64,000 bases of DNA from the NCBI GenBank assembly GCA_030427805.1, contig JAUICP010000004.1, forward strand, positions 350,705 to 414,704, written 5' to 3'. Shown in pieces: positions 26,717-36,989 of the stretch; positions within the stretch are counted from its first letter, which is position 1; each line of letters opens with the position of its first letter. The notes under the pieces are model-generated. The model was not told the origin of the DNA. It saw only the letters and a list, made by a program, of their open reading frames with translations, and searched no databases. The position numbers and the translations under genes were made by a program. Origin of the DNA: Bdellovibrionia bacterium (lineage in GTDB: Bacteria > Bdellovibrionota > Bdellovibrionia > Bdellovibrionales > JAGQZY01).

Positions 26717-29700
26717 TTGAAAAAAATAACTCAGATTCGACACAATTTATTTCACTTCGCCTTTGATTTGGTAAATCACAAATCAATTGGCTCCCTATTA
26801 CCTCAAGCCTGCAAATTAGTTTTCACTCTTACACTTCCGATCTTACTCACCTCTTGTCTAGAAAAGTCAGGAAACGATCAGGTCTCATCGGGCACCCTTG
26901 GTCTCGAGCTAAAAATTATGTCGGGTAACAACCAAGATGGTGATCCCAATCGTCTTTACTCAGAGTCTTTAACGGTCATGGTCCAAGATGCTTCGGGAGA
27001 TGCCGTCAAAGATATCGAGGTTGAGTTCTTTGAAATTTCGTCCAAAGGGGCCTACGTAACAAATGCGTCGGGTAAAACCAATTCCAGTGGTCAAGTCTCA
27101 ACTGACGTGCGAGCACCAACCTCCCACGGAGCTAGCATTATTATCGGTGCGAGAATTAGAAATTCATCAACTGGTGTCGAGTTCAACTTATCAACTTCTG
27201 ATACTCCTGAAGGGGGACGATTTAAAGTAACGTCTACCAATTCTGGAACTGAAATGGCAGGTGATGCCTTTGGTTTTAAAGTTGAGCTTGTTGGTGAAAC
27301 CGGTGGCCTACTCGACTACAACGGCACCGTTACAACTCAGTGGCTCATCGACACTCAAGAAAGTTGGGGAAAGGTCGCTCCCAGTGTTTTACCAGCCACC
27401 TACGATTGTGTATTCATTGGCGGTGTTTGTGATATTCCAGCCATTGTTACTTTGACCGACGCTGAAAACATCACTTATATCTACATGGGGGATGGAGTCG
27501 AAGGTTTTCAGGACGTTTTTGCTCAACCTATCATCGTGCAAAAAAATGTGGCTGAAAAAGTCGTAGTCGTGAAAAACGCACCTGGAGGCCCCGCTGCCGG
27601 CGCTGAGGTTCTTGCCGATGAAATCCTCAACACCGATATGGCCATGTTTAAAATTTACGGAGCTATTACGGATAAGGCCGGGAACTACATTACCGATGCC
27701 GGCTCAGTCACATGGACTTCCGACCGAACAGAAATTACCAATAACCTGGTTGATAATGGCGATGGTTCAGCGGATTTCACTCCAGCTAAAACGATTCCAT
27801 TCCCAACCCGAGGAAAAATCTTTGCCGATGTCGCTCCCTATCCTCAAGGGTCCTCAGGAAATTTGGCAATTGACCCCGGAGCGCCTGCAGAAATTTTAAT
27901 GATTCCATCGGATAGTAACTACATTCGTACGGCTGGTGAATACATGAAGTTTCGCCTCGAGGTTCGAGATGCCAATAACAATCTGGTTGGACAAAACAAT
28001 ACCAACCAAGGTTATACTGGCGCAATCAATGTCAAACTCGAATTTGCTGACTATCTCAGTGATGACGAGGTGGCTGGAGGAGTTGTTCCGGAGGTCATGC
28101 TTCCTTCTGCGGATGGGGCCCCTGAATATTCGAGATTTGATTTCGAGTCTTTTCAGGCCACTGAGTACAATTTTGTGACTCAATTTTCCGCGGGCCTTTC
28201 TTCGGTCGGAGAGATTTCTAGAGGAATCGTTTTCTGGGATGGAACATCGGTCAGTCCAAAAATAACTGTGACAGCGACTAGCGCCTCCCTTGGTGATGTA
28301 TCGACCACGACAACTTTTAATGTCGTACCCGGCCCAGAATATCGAATTCAATTAAGAGACGGACCGGGCGCTAGTGGTAAATCGGTATGCGAAGCAAGGT
28401 ATGGTACTACTGCGGGTGATTCCACGTCGCTGGATGAATACTTTAGCGTCTACACCGGTGATCAGAATCAAGCAGGGAGACCGCAAGCTTCGAGCCCGTG
28501 TACAGGCATGAACTTTCAAGCTGGTGATGCTCCCGTTACGTTTTATTACGCCCTTGAGGATCGCGCTGGAAATTATCTTGGACCGGCTACGGCTTCCCTC
28601 GACTTAATGGTCAATTCATCTGCAACCAGTGATTTTGATGGTCAGTTTTCACCCGTTGGCACTTCAGCTTCGACGACTCTGACTCCTTTGGGAGTAACGA
28701 GCTCCAACGATAATTGGATCGATGTTATCGGGACCGTCAACGGAAGTACTATGTATTCCAGGTTCGAAGGCGATATTGATCCGGCAAATCTTGATAAATT
28801 CGTAATCGGTATGTACGATGGTGACGCTAGAAGGTTTAAAACTGACGGAGTCATTTTTGCTGGTAAAGTCAGAGAATTGCAAATTCGTGCTCTTGATCAG
28901 TATGGAAATACGATTAATAATTTCGGAACTACTTCATTCCCTTACAATCGTGATTTCAATATAGCACTCAGCGCCCCATTTAATCTATCGCCTAATGGCA
29001 CGCCTCCCTCATTTATTGGCCTCGGAAATCAAACACTGAGCTTCCAGGGCGGGGTCGCAAAATATTTCATTACCCTAACCAATACGAGCGATACACCGAC
29101 TTTAAGCATGACTGACCTTCATATGACAAATCCTAAGCCAGTCGATCCGCTCACCTTTGATATTCGGGCCGGCGATCCTAGTTATATAGAACTTCGAACG
29201 GCTCTCGATGGAGGTGGGGTTGATTACACTAATCAAGTGATGAACCTAACTACAGATGATGCCGTCGTTATTTTTGCAAATATCTTTGACGGCCTTGGAA
29301 ATTACAAAACTTGTAGTAATGTCGATTGGATCTATCCAGGTCTTACTTACTTTAACCCTGCCGACTCTATGGTATTTACTGATGTGGGTTGTTCAACTTT
29401 TCTTCAGCCGCAAAAACCCACCATCGCTGCATCTCGTTTGGGAGCATACTATACGTGGACCGATTCAGATGGAAATGACTTTATTATCACGGCTCAAACC
29501 GATGATATTACTGTCGATACAGGTAATCTCGCAACTATGCAAGTCGCTCCCGATAGTCTCAACCTTGAGGCCGGTGAAACTACAAATGTTACCGTTACCC
29601 TGAAGGATGCAAAGGGAAATACTCTCAGCGATACTGGAACCAAGGGTGTTGCAATAACTTCAGTTGATAATGGGATTACTAGACTGGGCCATGCACAATC

Positions 29701-32700
29701 TCTTTCGAATACCAGCAGCCTCGACTTCATTGCTGGAGAAGCAACTTTTACAGCGACTTTCTACAATTCAACAAAGACTCCTTCACTCAATTTATCGACG
29801 ACCTCTGCACCCTTTGTATCTGGGCAAACTTCGGCATTTACAATCACGTCGGCTCCTCTTGACCACCTTTGGTTACGAACCGGCGGCGGTCTGACAGAAG
29901 TTGACGCCGGTGTTAGTAATACTTATGCCATTTTCGCAGAAGATGCTTGGGGGAATCGACTCACAAGTGGTCTTGGCTCTGCGATCGACGTGACATTTGA
30001 ACTCACAAACCCGGCTCTTACGACTCAAGATATTCTATCGACAACACTGACTGGCGCAACGAGCGTGGCTGGACCAAACGACACTTCTGTCACTGGAAAT
30101 CTCACCGCCGGTGCAGCCCAGGTACAAGTGGTTTCGACAACAGCTGGAGAAATGCAAGTCAACGGAACGAGTACGGCTGGGATCATTGAAGGTAATAATA
30201 CAGAAGAGTATCTGCAAATTATGCCTCTTTCTACCATCGATCATATCTCCTTTAACCCGGCTCCAAAGCTGACCCATACGGCCAGTCCAAGTCTTCCGAT
30301 TTTTCCATTCAGTGTTGAATTGAGAGATATTTATGACAATGTGATTACAACCGAGAATAGCGAAACCATTGACATCACTCTCGACACTGGAACTGGTTCA
30401 ATTTCTGGAACGACAAACAAGTCTGTTTCGGCCGGTAAAGTTCAATTTGATGACCTTATTTATACAAAAGCTGAAGCAATCACGCTCAGGGCTTCTCTCG
30501 ATTCAGATGGCGGAAAAACAATCACCGCACCTATAACTGTCAATGTCGGTGGTGCAACACAATCTATCGTCGCTCTACCCGATCAAATCTTTACAGAGGG
30601 TGTTAGTAGCCTCGGAGCTGCCATTTCAGGCGGATCATTTAGTGGCACCAACGCCGTTGATGTGGGAACTCCATTTGTCGTCAAAGTCTATGTTGTCGAC
30701 GACGCCTTTAATAAATCCAGTGGCTATGGGTTTCCTGTGACCCTGACTTCGACGGATCCCAATGCCGTTATTTCAGCTCCAGTGGTGCCAATCGGTGGAG
30801 AAGCGACTTTCAACGTCACCATGAAAAGTCAGGGCAATCATACGTTTACTGCGAGTGCCTCTGGAGTCACTAATGAGGATAGCACCAGTTTTGCCGCTAA
30901 CCCGTTAGCGGCAAGCCAACTTCTCGTCTTACTTCCAGGGCAAGTCTTAGAAGAGGGAGCCGATAATCTCGATGATGCCATCGATAACCCCGCCACTACA
31001 ACACAAACAGCTGGCACTGCCTTCAATGTCACTGTTGTCGCCGTTGACAATTACTACAACAAAGTGACTGACAAGGATGGCTCGTCTGTGTCAATAACAA
31101 CTTCAGATCCAAATGATGCTCATCCATCCTCCGAAAACTTGGCTAGTGGTGAAGCCACATTCTCTGTAACAAACTTGACGGCACTGAGTAACCAAAAGGT
31201 TGTTCCGTCGGGCGCTGCGATTACTCCTAGAGATTCTGAACTCTATGATATCGCCCCAGGAACAGCCATAAAAACAATTGTTCGCATGCCGGGTCAGAGC
31301 CACAACCCGGGAACAATCTCCTACGGGACCGCTTTACAGAATGCAGCCTCAGACCAGGCTGCAGGAGTTTCTTTTACCGTTGATGTCTACGCCGTTGATG
31401 CCTACTTTAACATCGATACCAACTACAATGGCGCTCTATCAATTGTAACTCCAGGCGATCCCAACGATACGGAACCCGTCGCTCCTACCAATTTCTCAAG
31501 TGGACAGGCCTCATTCACAATCAACCCTGTAAAAGCAAATTCAGGTCAGCAGATTAGTGTCTCTTCAGGTCTCAACGATGTCGCCCACGCACCAGCCTCC
31601 TATGATGTGAACCCCGGAGCGAAAAGATTTTTACTTTCACTTTTTGACAATCAAAGCCTTACCCAAGGTGTAACGTCCTTAGCAGCCGCAGTGACTCCAA
31701 CTGCTATTCCGGCAAAGAATGCCGGAGATTCAATTAACATCACAGTTTATGGAACTGATATCCATTATAATGTTATCAATGATGGGAGTCTCGTCAGTGT
31801 ATCCACAACGGCTCCAAATGATGACCACCCTGCTGCTAAAAACTTGGTAAGCGGAAGCACTACATTTACCATTCAAAATTATAAATCCGGGACAGGCTAT
31901 ACAGTTAGTGCATCCGGAGGTGGATACCCAGTTAGCCAAGCCTCTAATACATACAATATAAATGCGGGCTCAGTAACCAATGTGATCGCTCTGCTCCCTG
32001 GTGAAAGCTTGAGTGAAGGACACGATACATTTGCCGAAGCGTCTTCAGGAAATCCTTCGGATCAAACCAATGGTGTTTATTTTCCCGTCACTCTTTACTC
32101 GACTGATAACTATTATAATAGAGTGAATAGTTCCGTGACCGTCGATATCTCTGCACCCCTCGGAACGGCGGCCAGCTCTGGCTCGACCAGTTTTGCTGGC
32201 GGGAGCATGGTACAAATCAATCTACAACATAGTGCTTCCGGCTCTAATCAGGTTGTACGTCCAAGTAGTACTCTTAACGATATTGATTCTGACCAGTATG
32301 ATGTTGTCGCATCTCTTTCAGCACCAACTCTCGCCCTTTCTGACCCTAATACGAGTTCGACTAGCTATGCTCGACAACAAAATATCGATGTGAATATTAC
32401 CAACGGAGCCACCATTGCTTTTTGGTGTCTCAGTGAATCACAAAGTTCAAATCCAAGTCTTGGTGTTAACAACCGCGGAACCTGTACCGGAGGTACGGGC
32501 GGAGCTGGTGCCGGATGGCATTCGTCTAAGCCAGGTGGTTTTAATCTCAGTGCTGGAGACGGAAATAAGACAGTTTACCTCTGGGTTGCGGATAGCGCTA
32601 ACAACGTCTATGGAACTGCTGAATCCGACACCATCTACTTAAAAACGAGCAAGCCTGCCGTTCCATCGGTCGCTCTCGAAGACCCAGATTCTTCATCGAC

Positions 32701-35700
32701 AACACATACAAACAACCTCACGACCGACCTCACAATTACTGGAGATACCGATGCGGTTGCTTGGTGGGTCGACGAAAGAGCTGATGCCGCTTCTGCCCCG
32801 AGCGCACCTCTTTATAATGATGGAGCTTGGCTTGGTACAAGACCTACCACAATTGATATGGGTGGAAACGGCCTAAGAAAAGTCTATGTTTATACAAAAG
32901 ATATTGCGGATAATGTCTCTGTTTCTGCAGCGACACAAACAATCTACTATGATCCAGTTGCTCCAGGTGGTGCACTTAGTATTGTCGGAGTCGCCGGTGG
33001 TGCCGTTGATAGTACCTATGATACAACATTGAGTGCAAGCCTGACTCCTACCATTGCTTTCTTACCAGCCACCGACGCGACATCAATTACCTATACTATG
33101 AATGTCCAAACTCTTGCCAGTGCTGATGCCTGCACTCCTGAAGTGGTTACATCGTCAGACCCCCTTGAGTTTACGGGGTGTACCCTCACTGACGGTGTTA
33201 CTTATAAAGTACTATTAACAGCAACCGATCAAGCCGGTAACATTTCTGCCGCCAGTAACAGTGGTACTTTTCAATTTACCGTGGTCGACGGGCTCGCACA
33301 GTTTGTCGTGACGAAAGTGCTTCCTGGTAATGCGGTTTCTGATACCTCTTTCGATATTCAAATCGAGGCACAAAATGCTGGTGGTAGTACTGTCACAGCC
33401 TATGACGGATTTAAAACAATAGACTTTTCAACGGACGGAAGTAACGGTGGCACGAGATGTGGGGCCAGTGGCGGCGCACTTATTCCAAGTACTCCTGGTC
33501 AAGATGCCTCGATCAATTTCAGCAATGGTTTTGCCACAGTTTCTGTGACCCTCAAAAAAGCGGAATCGGGAGTGAGTATTTCCGTGCAAGAAGATGGTTC
33601 CGCTGTTGCCGGGACTCTCAGCGGCCTTACCGTCGATGCGGGAGCACAAAATTGTATTCGCATTGAAACCGCTAACGATGGAAGTGGCGCTTTACTAGGC
33701 GCCCAAGCATTGAGTATCGATGGAATTTTCTCAGCACACGCTGTGGCTTATGACTCACAAGGAAACTTCCTTAGTTCTCCGAGTGTCAACTGGTCGGGTT
33801 CAGCTGATCTAGCCCAACTTCCTATTCCTACAACAGGCAGCAGTACTACTATTGTTGCCTCTAAATTAGGTTCAGGGAATCTTACTGCAAGTGGCTCTTC
33901 GGACAGTGTTTCCGTTACAGTTTCTGGGGGTACCGTCGACCGTAGCTTTACTTCTAGTAGCTTCGATAACGAGAGTGTTAATCATCTTGAAGACGATAGT
34001 ATTGAACTCATTAAGCAATGGGATGTGAGTAGCGATAATGTTGTCGCCTGGAGAACTGACTCTGGTCTCAGTTGGCACACCGAAACTAAAGGAACAACAA
34101 CCCGTGGTACTCGGGCCAATTTCCCCCTTCAAGCGCGACTTGCCTTGACTTCAGACAGTCTAGAGATTCTTGATGCCGCTTCAAACGATCTCTTTATGCG
34201 TTTTGATCGCGGCCCAGGGTTAGCTCTAGATACGGGCCTTGGTAGCATCACTTCTCTCGATGCAAGAGATGGAATGATCTTTCTTGGCTATGACGATAGT
34301 ACAAATGGAGCTCTAGTCATAATTGATTTGGCCAATGATAATTTTCATAGACTGACGGCAAGTGATAATCTTATTTTCAACAGGGACATTTCCCAAAGAA
34401 ATTCTGCCGGCACGTGGAGCGGCGGCACATCGGGCTATCCACAACTCACAACATCCGGCGATAGGGTCTACTCTTTGGCTGCCCATAATGACGGAACTGA
34501 CTCCTTTGTCGCGGTAGGTACACAAAATGGTATCAATGTACTTAGACTTACGGGCACACCAGGTACCTTTAAAAATACGACGGCGAACCCTGTACAACAG
34601 ATCCAAATTGCCTCTGACGATAAACTCTACTTTTTTGAAGAGACTGTCGGTCTCAATCGATCCGATATATCCTTGCCCCTGGGCAGTGACTTCCCTGTGG
34701 ATCACACCTATACTCTGACTTCAGCAGGCGAGCTACTTACCCTTGATGCCAATGGCATGAGCCTGCAAGAATCAAGGTCCGCTGCTGATCCGGGACAGAA
34801 CCTTATATTTATCGCAAGTGATAAGGGCCTTTCCGCCATCCACGAACACTCAACCGATACCAGTGCCGAGTCAAAGAACTTTGTACTCAGCGGAAGTGGA
34901 TCTTATCCTTTTTCGGGGGCACTCGCTCTAGACGGTACATCAGGAACTCTCTCTATTGCCAACTCCGCGAGTATGACAAATAGTTTAACTATCGAATTCT
35001 GGTTTAAGCCTGATGCGACATTAAATAGTGGAAGTGCTGCTTCTGGAATATTTTCAGTTGGAAGTCCAACCGTAGATGGTTTCATGGGCCTCACCCACAA
35101 CGCAAGTGCTGACGGTAAACTTGAGTTTTCAGTTCGTCACTCTGGCTCTACCTATAAAGTCGCTAGTACTGAAACCTCATTCTCTGCCAATACATGGTAC
35201 CACGTAGCGGTTACTATCGATGGGGCCAGCGGAATTGATATGTGGATTAATGGAAACAACAATCAATTCAACCCTATCGATCTCTCCGGATTTACTCCAG
35301 AGGGGGCCAGTAATTTGATTTTCGGTAGTGATGGTACTAATTATTTTGCGGGACTTATCGACGAAATTCGAATTTCATCTTCTGCGGTTTATTCGACAGC
35401 CAGTTTTGCGGTTCCAGGAACGGAACTGTCTAATGTAGGCGCTATTCACCTCTTCCATCTCAACGAAAACAGTGGTGGTACTGCTGCTTATTCTGATACC
35501 GATGCCATGGTCAATGGGACTCTCGGTGGAAATTCTCTTTTTGTTTATCCACTGATTCCGGGAAGTTCTCAAAGCATTAAGGATCTTAGCTCGATCACCC
35601 ATTCAGGATCGACTTCCACACAAATTATCACATCAAACTACTGGTATGAAATATCTAACTCTGATGATGTTGAAGGTACCACTTCGAGTATGAGTGACAG

Positions 35701-35815
35701 TCTCAGCCTCGGGAGTGGAGTCAACCAAGCCGAAGTGTACAATATTGATTCTTCAACTGACTACGACCTACTCCTCGGGACACCAGCCAATGGTTTACGC
35801 ACTCTTAGAGAGTAG
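26717..35815 (+). CDS. giant surface lipoprotein (3032 aa) with many Ig-like beta-sandwich repeats and a C-terminal LamG/concanavalin-like domain
   Basis: The TTG start lies 7 nt after GAGGAA. The lipobox is ...LPILLTSC. Long T/S/G/N/D/V-rich repeats have the recurring pattern A..F.VTV.A.D..GN. The C-terminal LamG-type signature at about 34900-35400 reads LTIEFWFKPD...WYHVAVTIDG...NYFAGLIDEIRISS. Confidence 0.85.
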   Translation: MKKITQIRHNLFHFAFDLVNHKSIGSLLPQACKLVFTLTLPILLTSCLEKSGNDQVSSGTLGLELKIMSGNNQDGDPNRLYSESLTVMVQDASGDAVKDIEVEFFEISSKGAYVTNASGKTNSSGQVSTDVRAPTSHGASIIIGARIRNSSTGVEFNLSTSDTPEGGRFKVTSTNSGTEMAGDAFGFKVELVGETGGLLDYNGTVTTQWLIDTQESWGKVAPSVLPATYDCVFIGGVCDIPAIVTLTDAENITYIYMGDGVEGFQDVFAQPIIVQKNVAEKVVVVKNAPGGPAAGAEVLADEILNTDMAMFKIYGAITDKAGNYITDAGSVTWTSDRTEITNNLVDNGDGSADFTPAKTIPFPTRGKIFADVAPYPQGSSGNLAIDPGAPAEILMIPSDSNYIRTAGEYMKFRLEVRDANNNLVGQNNTNQGYTGAINVKLEFADYLSDDEVAGGVVPEVMLPSADGAPEYSRFDFESFQATEYNFVTQFSAGLSSVGEISRGIVFWDGTSVSPKITVTATSASLGDVSTTTTFNVVPGPEYRIQLRDGPGASGKSVCEARYGTTAGDSTSLDEYFSVYTGDQNQAGRPQASSPCTGMNFQAGDAPVTFYYALEDRAGNYLGPATASLDLMVNSSATSDFDGQFSPVGTSASTTLTPLGVTSSNDNWIDVIGTVNGSTMYSRFEGDIDPANLDKFVIGMYDGDARRFKTDGVIFAGKVRELQIRALDQYGNTINNFGTTSFPYNRDFNIALSAPFNLSPNGTPPSFIGLGNQTLSFQGGVAKYFITLTNTSDTPTLSMTDLHMTNPKPVDPLTFDIRAGDPSYIELRTALDGGGVDYTNQVMNLTTDDAVVIFANIFDGLGNYKTCSNVDWIYPGLTYFNPADSMVFTDVGCSTFLQPQKPTIAASRLGAYYTWTDSDGNDFIITAQTDDITVDTGNLATMQVAPDSLNLEAGETTNVTVTLKDAKGNTLSDTGTKGVAITSVDNGITRLGHAQSLSNTSSLDFIAGEATFTATFYNSTKTPSLNLSTTSAPFVSGQTSAFTITSAPLDHLWLRTGGGLTEVDAGVSNTYAIFAEDAWGNRLTSGLGSAIDVTFELTNPALTTQDILSTTLTGATSVAGPNDTSVTGNLTAGAAQVQVVSTTAGEMQVNGTSTAGIIEGNNTEEYLQIMPLSTIDHISFNPAPKLTHTASPSLPIFPFSVELRDIYDNVITTENSETIDITLDTGTGSISGTTNKSVSAGKVQFDDLIYTKAEAITLRASLDSDGGKTITAPITVNVGGATQSIVALPDQIFTEGVSSLGAAISGGSFSGTNAVDVGTPFVVKVYVVDDAFNKSSGYGFPVTLTSTDPNAVISAPVVPIGGEATFNVTMKSQGNHTFTASASGVTNEDSTSFAANPLAASQLLVLLPGQVLEEGADNLDDAIDNPATTTQTAGTAFNVTVVAVDNYYNKVTDKDGSSVSITTSDPNDAHPSSENLASGEATFSVTNLTALSNQKVVPSGAAITPRDSELYDIAPGTAIKTIVRMPGQSHNPGTISYGTALQNAASDQAAGVSFTVDVYAVDAYFNIDTNYNGALSIVTPGDPNDTEPVAPTNFSSGQASFTINPVKANSGQQISVSSGLNDVAHAPASYDVNPGAKRFLLSLFDNQSLTQGVTSLAAAVTPTAIPAKNAGDSINITVYGTDIHYNVINDGSLVSVSTTAPNDDHPAAKNLVSGSTTFTIQNYKSGTGYTVSASGGGYPVSQASNTYNINAGSVTNVIALLPGESLSEGHDTFAEASSGNPSDQTNGVYFPVTLYSTDNYYNRVNSSVTVDISAPLGTAASSGSTSFAGGSMVQINLQHSASGSNQVVRPSSTLNDIDSDQYDVVASLSAPTLALSDPNTSSTSYARQQNIDVNITNGATIAFWCLSESQSSNPSLGVNNRGTCTGGTGGAGAGWHSSKPGGFNLSAGDGNKTVYLWVADSANNVYGTAESDTIYLKTSKPAVPSVALEDPDSSSTTHTNNLTTDLTITGDTDAVAWWVDERADAASAPSAPLYNDGAWLGTRPTTIDMGGNGLRKVYVYTKDIADNVSVSAATQTIYYDPVAPGGALSIVGVAGGAVDSTYDTTLSASLTPTIAFLPATDATSITYTMNVQTLASADACTPEVVTSSDPLEFTGCTLTDGVTYKVLLTATDQAGNISAASNSGTFQFTVVDGLAQFVVTKVLPGNAVSDTSFDIQIEAQNAGGSTVTAYDGFKTIDFSTDGSNGGTRCGASGGALIPSTPGQDASINFSNGFATVSVTLKKAESGVSISVQEDGSAVAGTLSGLTVDAGAQNCIRIETANDGSGALLGAQALSIDGIFSAHAVAYDSQGNFLSSPSVNWSGSADLAQLPIPTTGSSTTIVASKLGSGNLTASGSSDSVSVTVSGGTVDRSFTSSSFDNESVNHLEDDSIELIKQWDVSSDNVVAWRTDSGLSWHTETKGTTTRGTRANFPLQARLALTSDSLEILDAASNDLFMRFDRGPGLALDTGLGSITSLDARDGMIFLGYDDSTNGALVIIDLANDNFHRLTASDNLIFNRDISQRNSAGTWSGGTSGYPQLTTSGDRVYSLAAHNDGTDSFVAVGTQNGINVLRLTGTPGTFKNTTANPVQQIQIASDDKLYFFEETVGLNRSDISLPLGSDFPVDHTYTLTSAGELLTLDANGMSLQESRSAADPGQNLIFIASDKGLSAIHEHSTDTSAESKNFVLSGSGSYPFSGALALDGTSGTLSIANSASMTNSLTIEFWFKPDATLNSGSAASGIFSVGSPTVDGFMGLTHNASADGKLEFSVRHSGSTYKVASTETSFSANTWYHVAVTIDGASGIDMWINGNNNQFNPIDLSGFTPEGASNLIFGSDGTNYFAGLIDEIRISSSAVYSTASFAVPGTELSNVGAIHLFHLNENSGGTAAYSDTDAMVNGTLGGNSLFVYPLIPGSSQSIKDLSSITHSGSTSTQIITSNYWYEISNSDDVEGTTSSMSDSLSLGSGVNQAEVYNIDSSTDYDLLLGTPANGLRTLRE
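30562..32330 (+). repeat. five tandem ~118-aa (about 354-nt) divergent coding repeats inside the giant lipoprotein
   Basis: Repeat units begin at about 30562 (ALPDQIFTEG), 30918 (LLPGQVLEEG), 31272 (RMPGQSHNPG), 31627 (SLFDNQSLTQG) and 31981 (LLPGESLSEG). Each unit contains F.V.VYAVD.YYN...S..DPND...P..L.SG.A.F. Confidence 0.8.
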
Positions 35816-35885
35816 AAACTGACCCAGTTTAATGTTGGGCACTAAATCAATGCGCCTGGCTCCCCTAATGCAGTATCTCTAATCC

Positions 35886-36770
35886 ATGAAGAGATACTGC
35901 CCGAAATGCACTCACCAACACGGCAAAATTCGAAAACACGGATTTTTCAAACGAAAGTCAGACTACAAATCTATCCAACGATTTAAATGCATACGTTGTA
36001 ATACCACTTTTTCCAAAGCCTCAACACAAAAGTGCATCCATCAAAATAAAAGGCACCTAAATTCAATCATCCTCAAACTCATTGCCAGCAAGAACTCCCA
36101 AAGACGAATCGCACTTCTTCTAGGCATTAGTAAAAATACAGTCGCCACGAAAATTAAATTTCTAGCCAAGTCCGCCCGAGAAAAAAATCGACAAATGCTG
36201 AAGCAAAGCTCGTCAGCTCAAGAAATTATTTTCGATGACATGGAAACCTTTGAACACAGCAAGATGAAACCCTTAAGTATTACAGTTGTCGTTGAAAAGT
36301 ACACTCAAAGAATTTTGGCAGCGAGAGCCTCTATCATGCCAGCCAAGGGCCTACTTGCAAAAAAATCTCGAAAAAAATACGGAAGTAGAAAAGATCAAAG
36401 ACGCAAAACGAGAGAGCGACTTTTCCAGGACCTTAAAAACACTATTGGATCTCCGGTTACGATCGAATCCGACCAAAATCCCCATTACATTAAAAGTGTT
36501 ACTCGGCATTTCCCGAAAGCCGACTACATTCAATATCGAGGAAGAAGAGGTTGTGTCGTTGGTCAAGGTGAACTCAAAGAAGGAGGATTCGATCCTCTTT
36601 TTTATCTCAATCACACGTGTGCCATGATTCGAGATAACTTGGGTTGTTTGGTCAGAAGATCTTGGTGCACATCCAAAACAATTCACCACCTTCAAGATCG
36701 TCTTGATATCTACATCTATTTTCACAACAATTTCCTACTGAAAAACCGAAAGAAATCAGCCCTCTCTTAG
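35886..36770 (+). CDS. IS1-like transposase (zinc ribbon + HTH + DDE-type core)
   Basis: The N-terminal zinc ribbon is CPKCTH...CIRCNT. The HTH is RRIALLLGISKNTVATKI. Blocks that parallel E. coli IS1 InsB are FDDMETFEHSK, IESDQNPHY, and NHTCAMIRDNLGCLVRRSWCTSKTIHHLQDRLDIYIYFHN (compare [37 protein letters not shown]). Confidence 0.6.
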   Translation: MKRYCPKCTHQHGKIRKHGFFKRKSDYKSIQRFKCIRCNTTFSKASTQKCIHQNKRHLNSIILKLIASKNSQRRIALLLGISKNTVATKIKFLAKSAREKNRQMLKQSSSAQEIIFDDMETFEHSKMKPLSITVVVEKYTQRILAARASIMPAKGLLAKKSRKKYGSRKDQRRKTRERLFQDLKNTIGSPVTIESDQNPHYIKSVTRHFPKADYIQYRGRRGCVVGQGELKEGGFDPLFYLNHTCAMIRDNLGCLVRRSWCTSKTIHHLQDRLDIYIYFHNNFLLKNRKKSALS

Positions 36771-36811
36771 TTCACTTTATAAATTGAATCCAAATTCTTT
36801 GATTGAGGGAT

Positions 36812-36959
36812 GAGGAGAATCATTCTTTGTGGAAAGTATTATGGGGGTTCATTTTTAGGGCTCTTGCCAGCCGGATGCGACCCGGGCAAGAAGGGCAGGA
36901 GCCCGGCCCTAAAAATGGACTCCCAGGATACTTGGAACAAGTAGAATTTGATTCTCCTC
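36812..36959. repeat. 148-nt imperfect palindrome with a GC-rich branched apex (structured RNA or MITE-like element)
   Basis: Nested complementary arms are present. These are GAGGAGAATCA (36812-22) / TGATTCTCCTC (36949-59), AAGTAT/ATACTT, TGGGGGT/ACTCCCA, and TTTTTAGGGC (36852-61) / GCCCTAAAAA (36906-15). The apex contains two local hairpins, TCTTGCC...GGCAAGA and GGGC-AGGA-GCCC. The apex is much more GC-rich than its flanks. Confidence 0.6.
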
Positions 36960-36989
36960 GTTCCAAAAACACAGGAATTTGGGTCAGTT

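Noticed and set aside
27261-35602. About 25 short ORFs on both strands inside the giant lipoprotein gene (e.g. 27896..28351, 34313..34705, 29256..29603)
   Set aside because: A 9-kb ORF with a biased T/S/G/A codon set generates long open alternative frames. None has a start context or motif.
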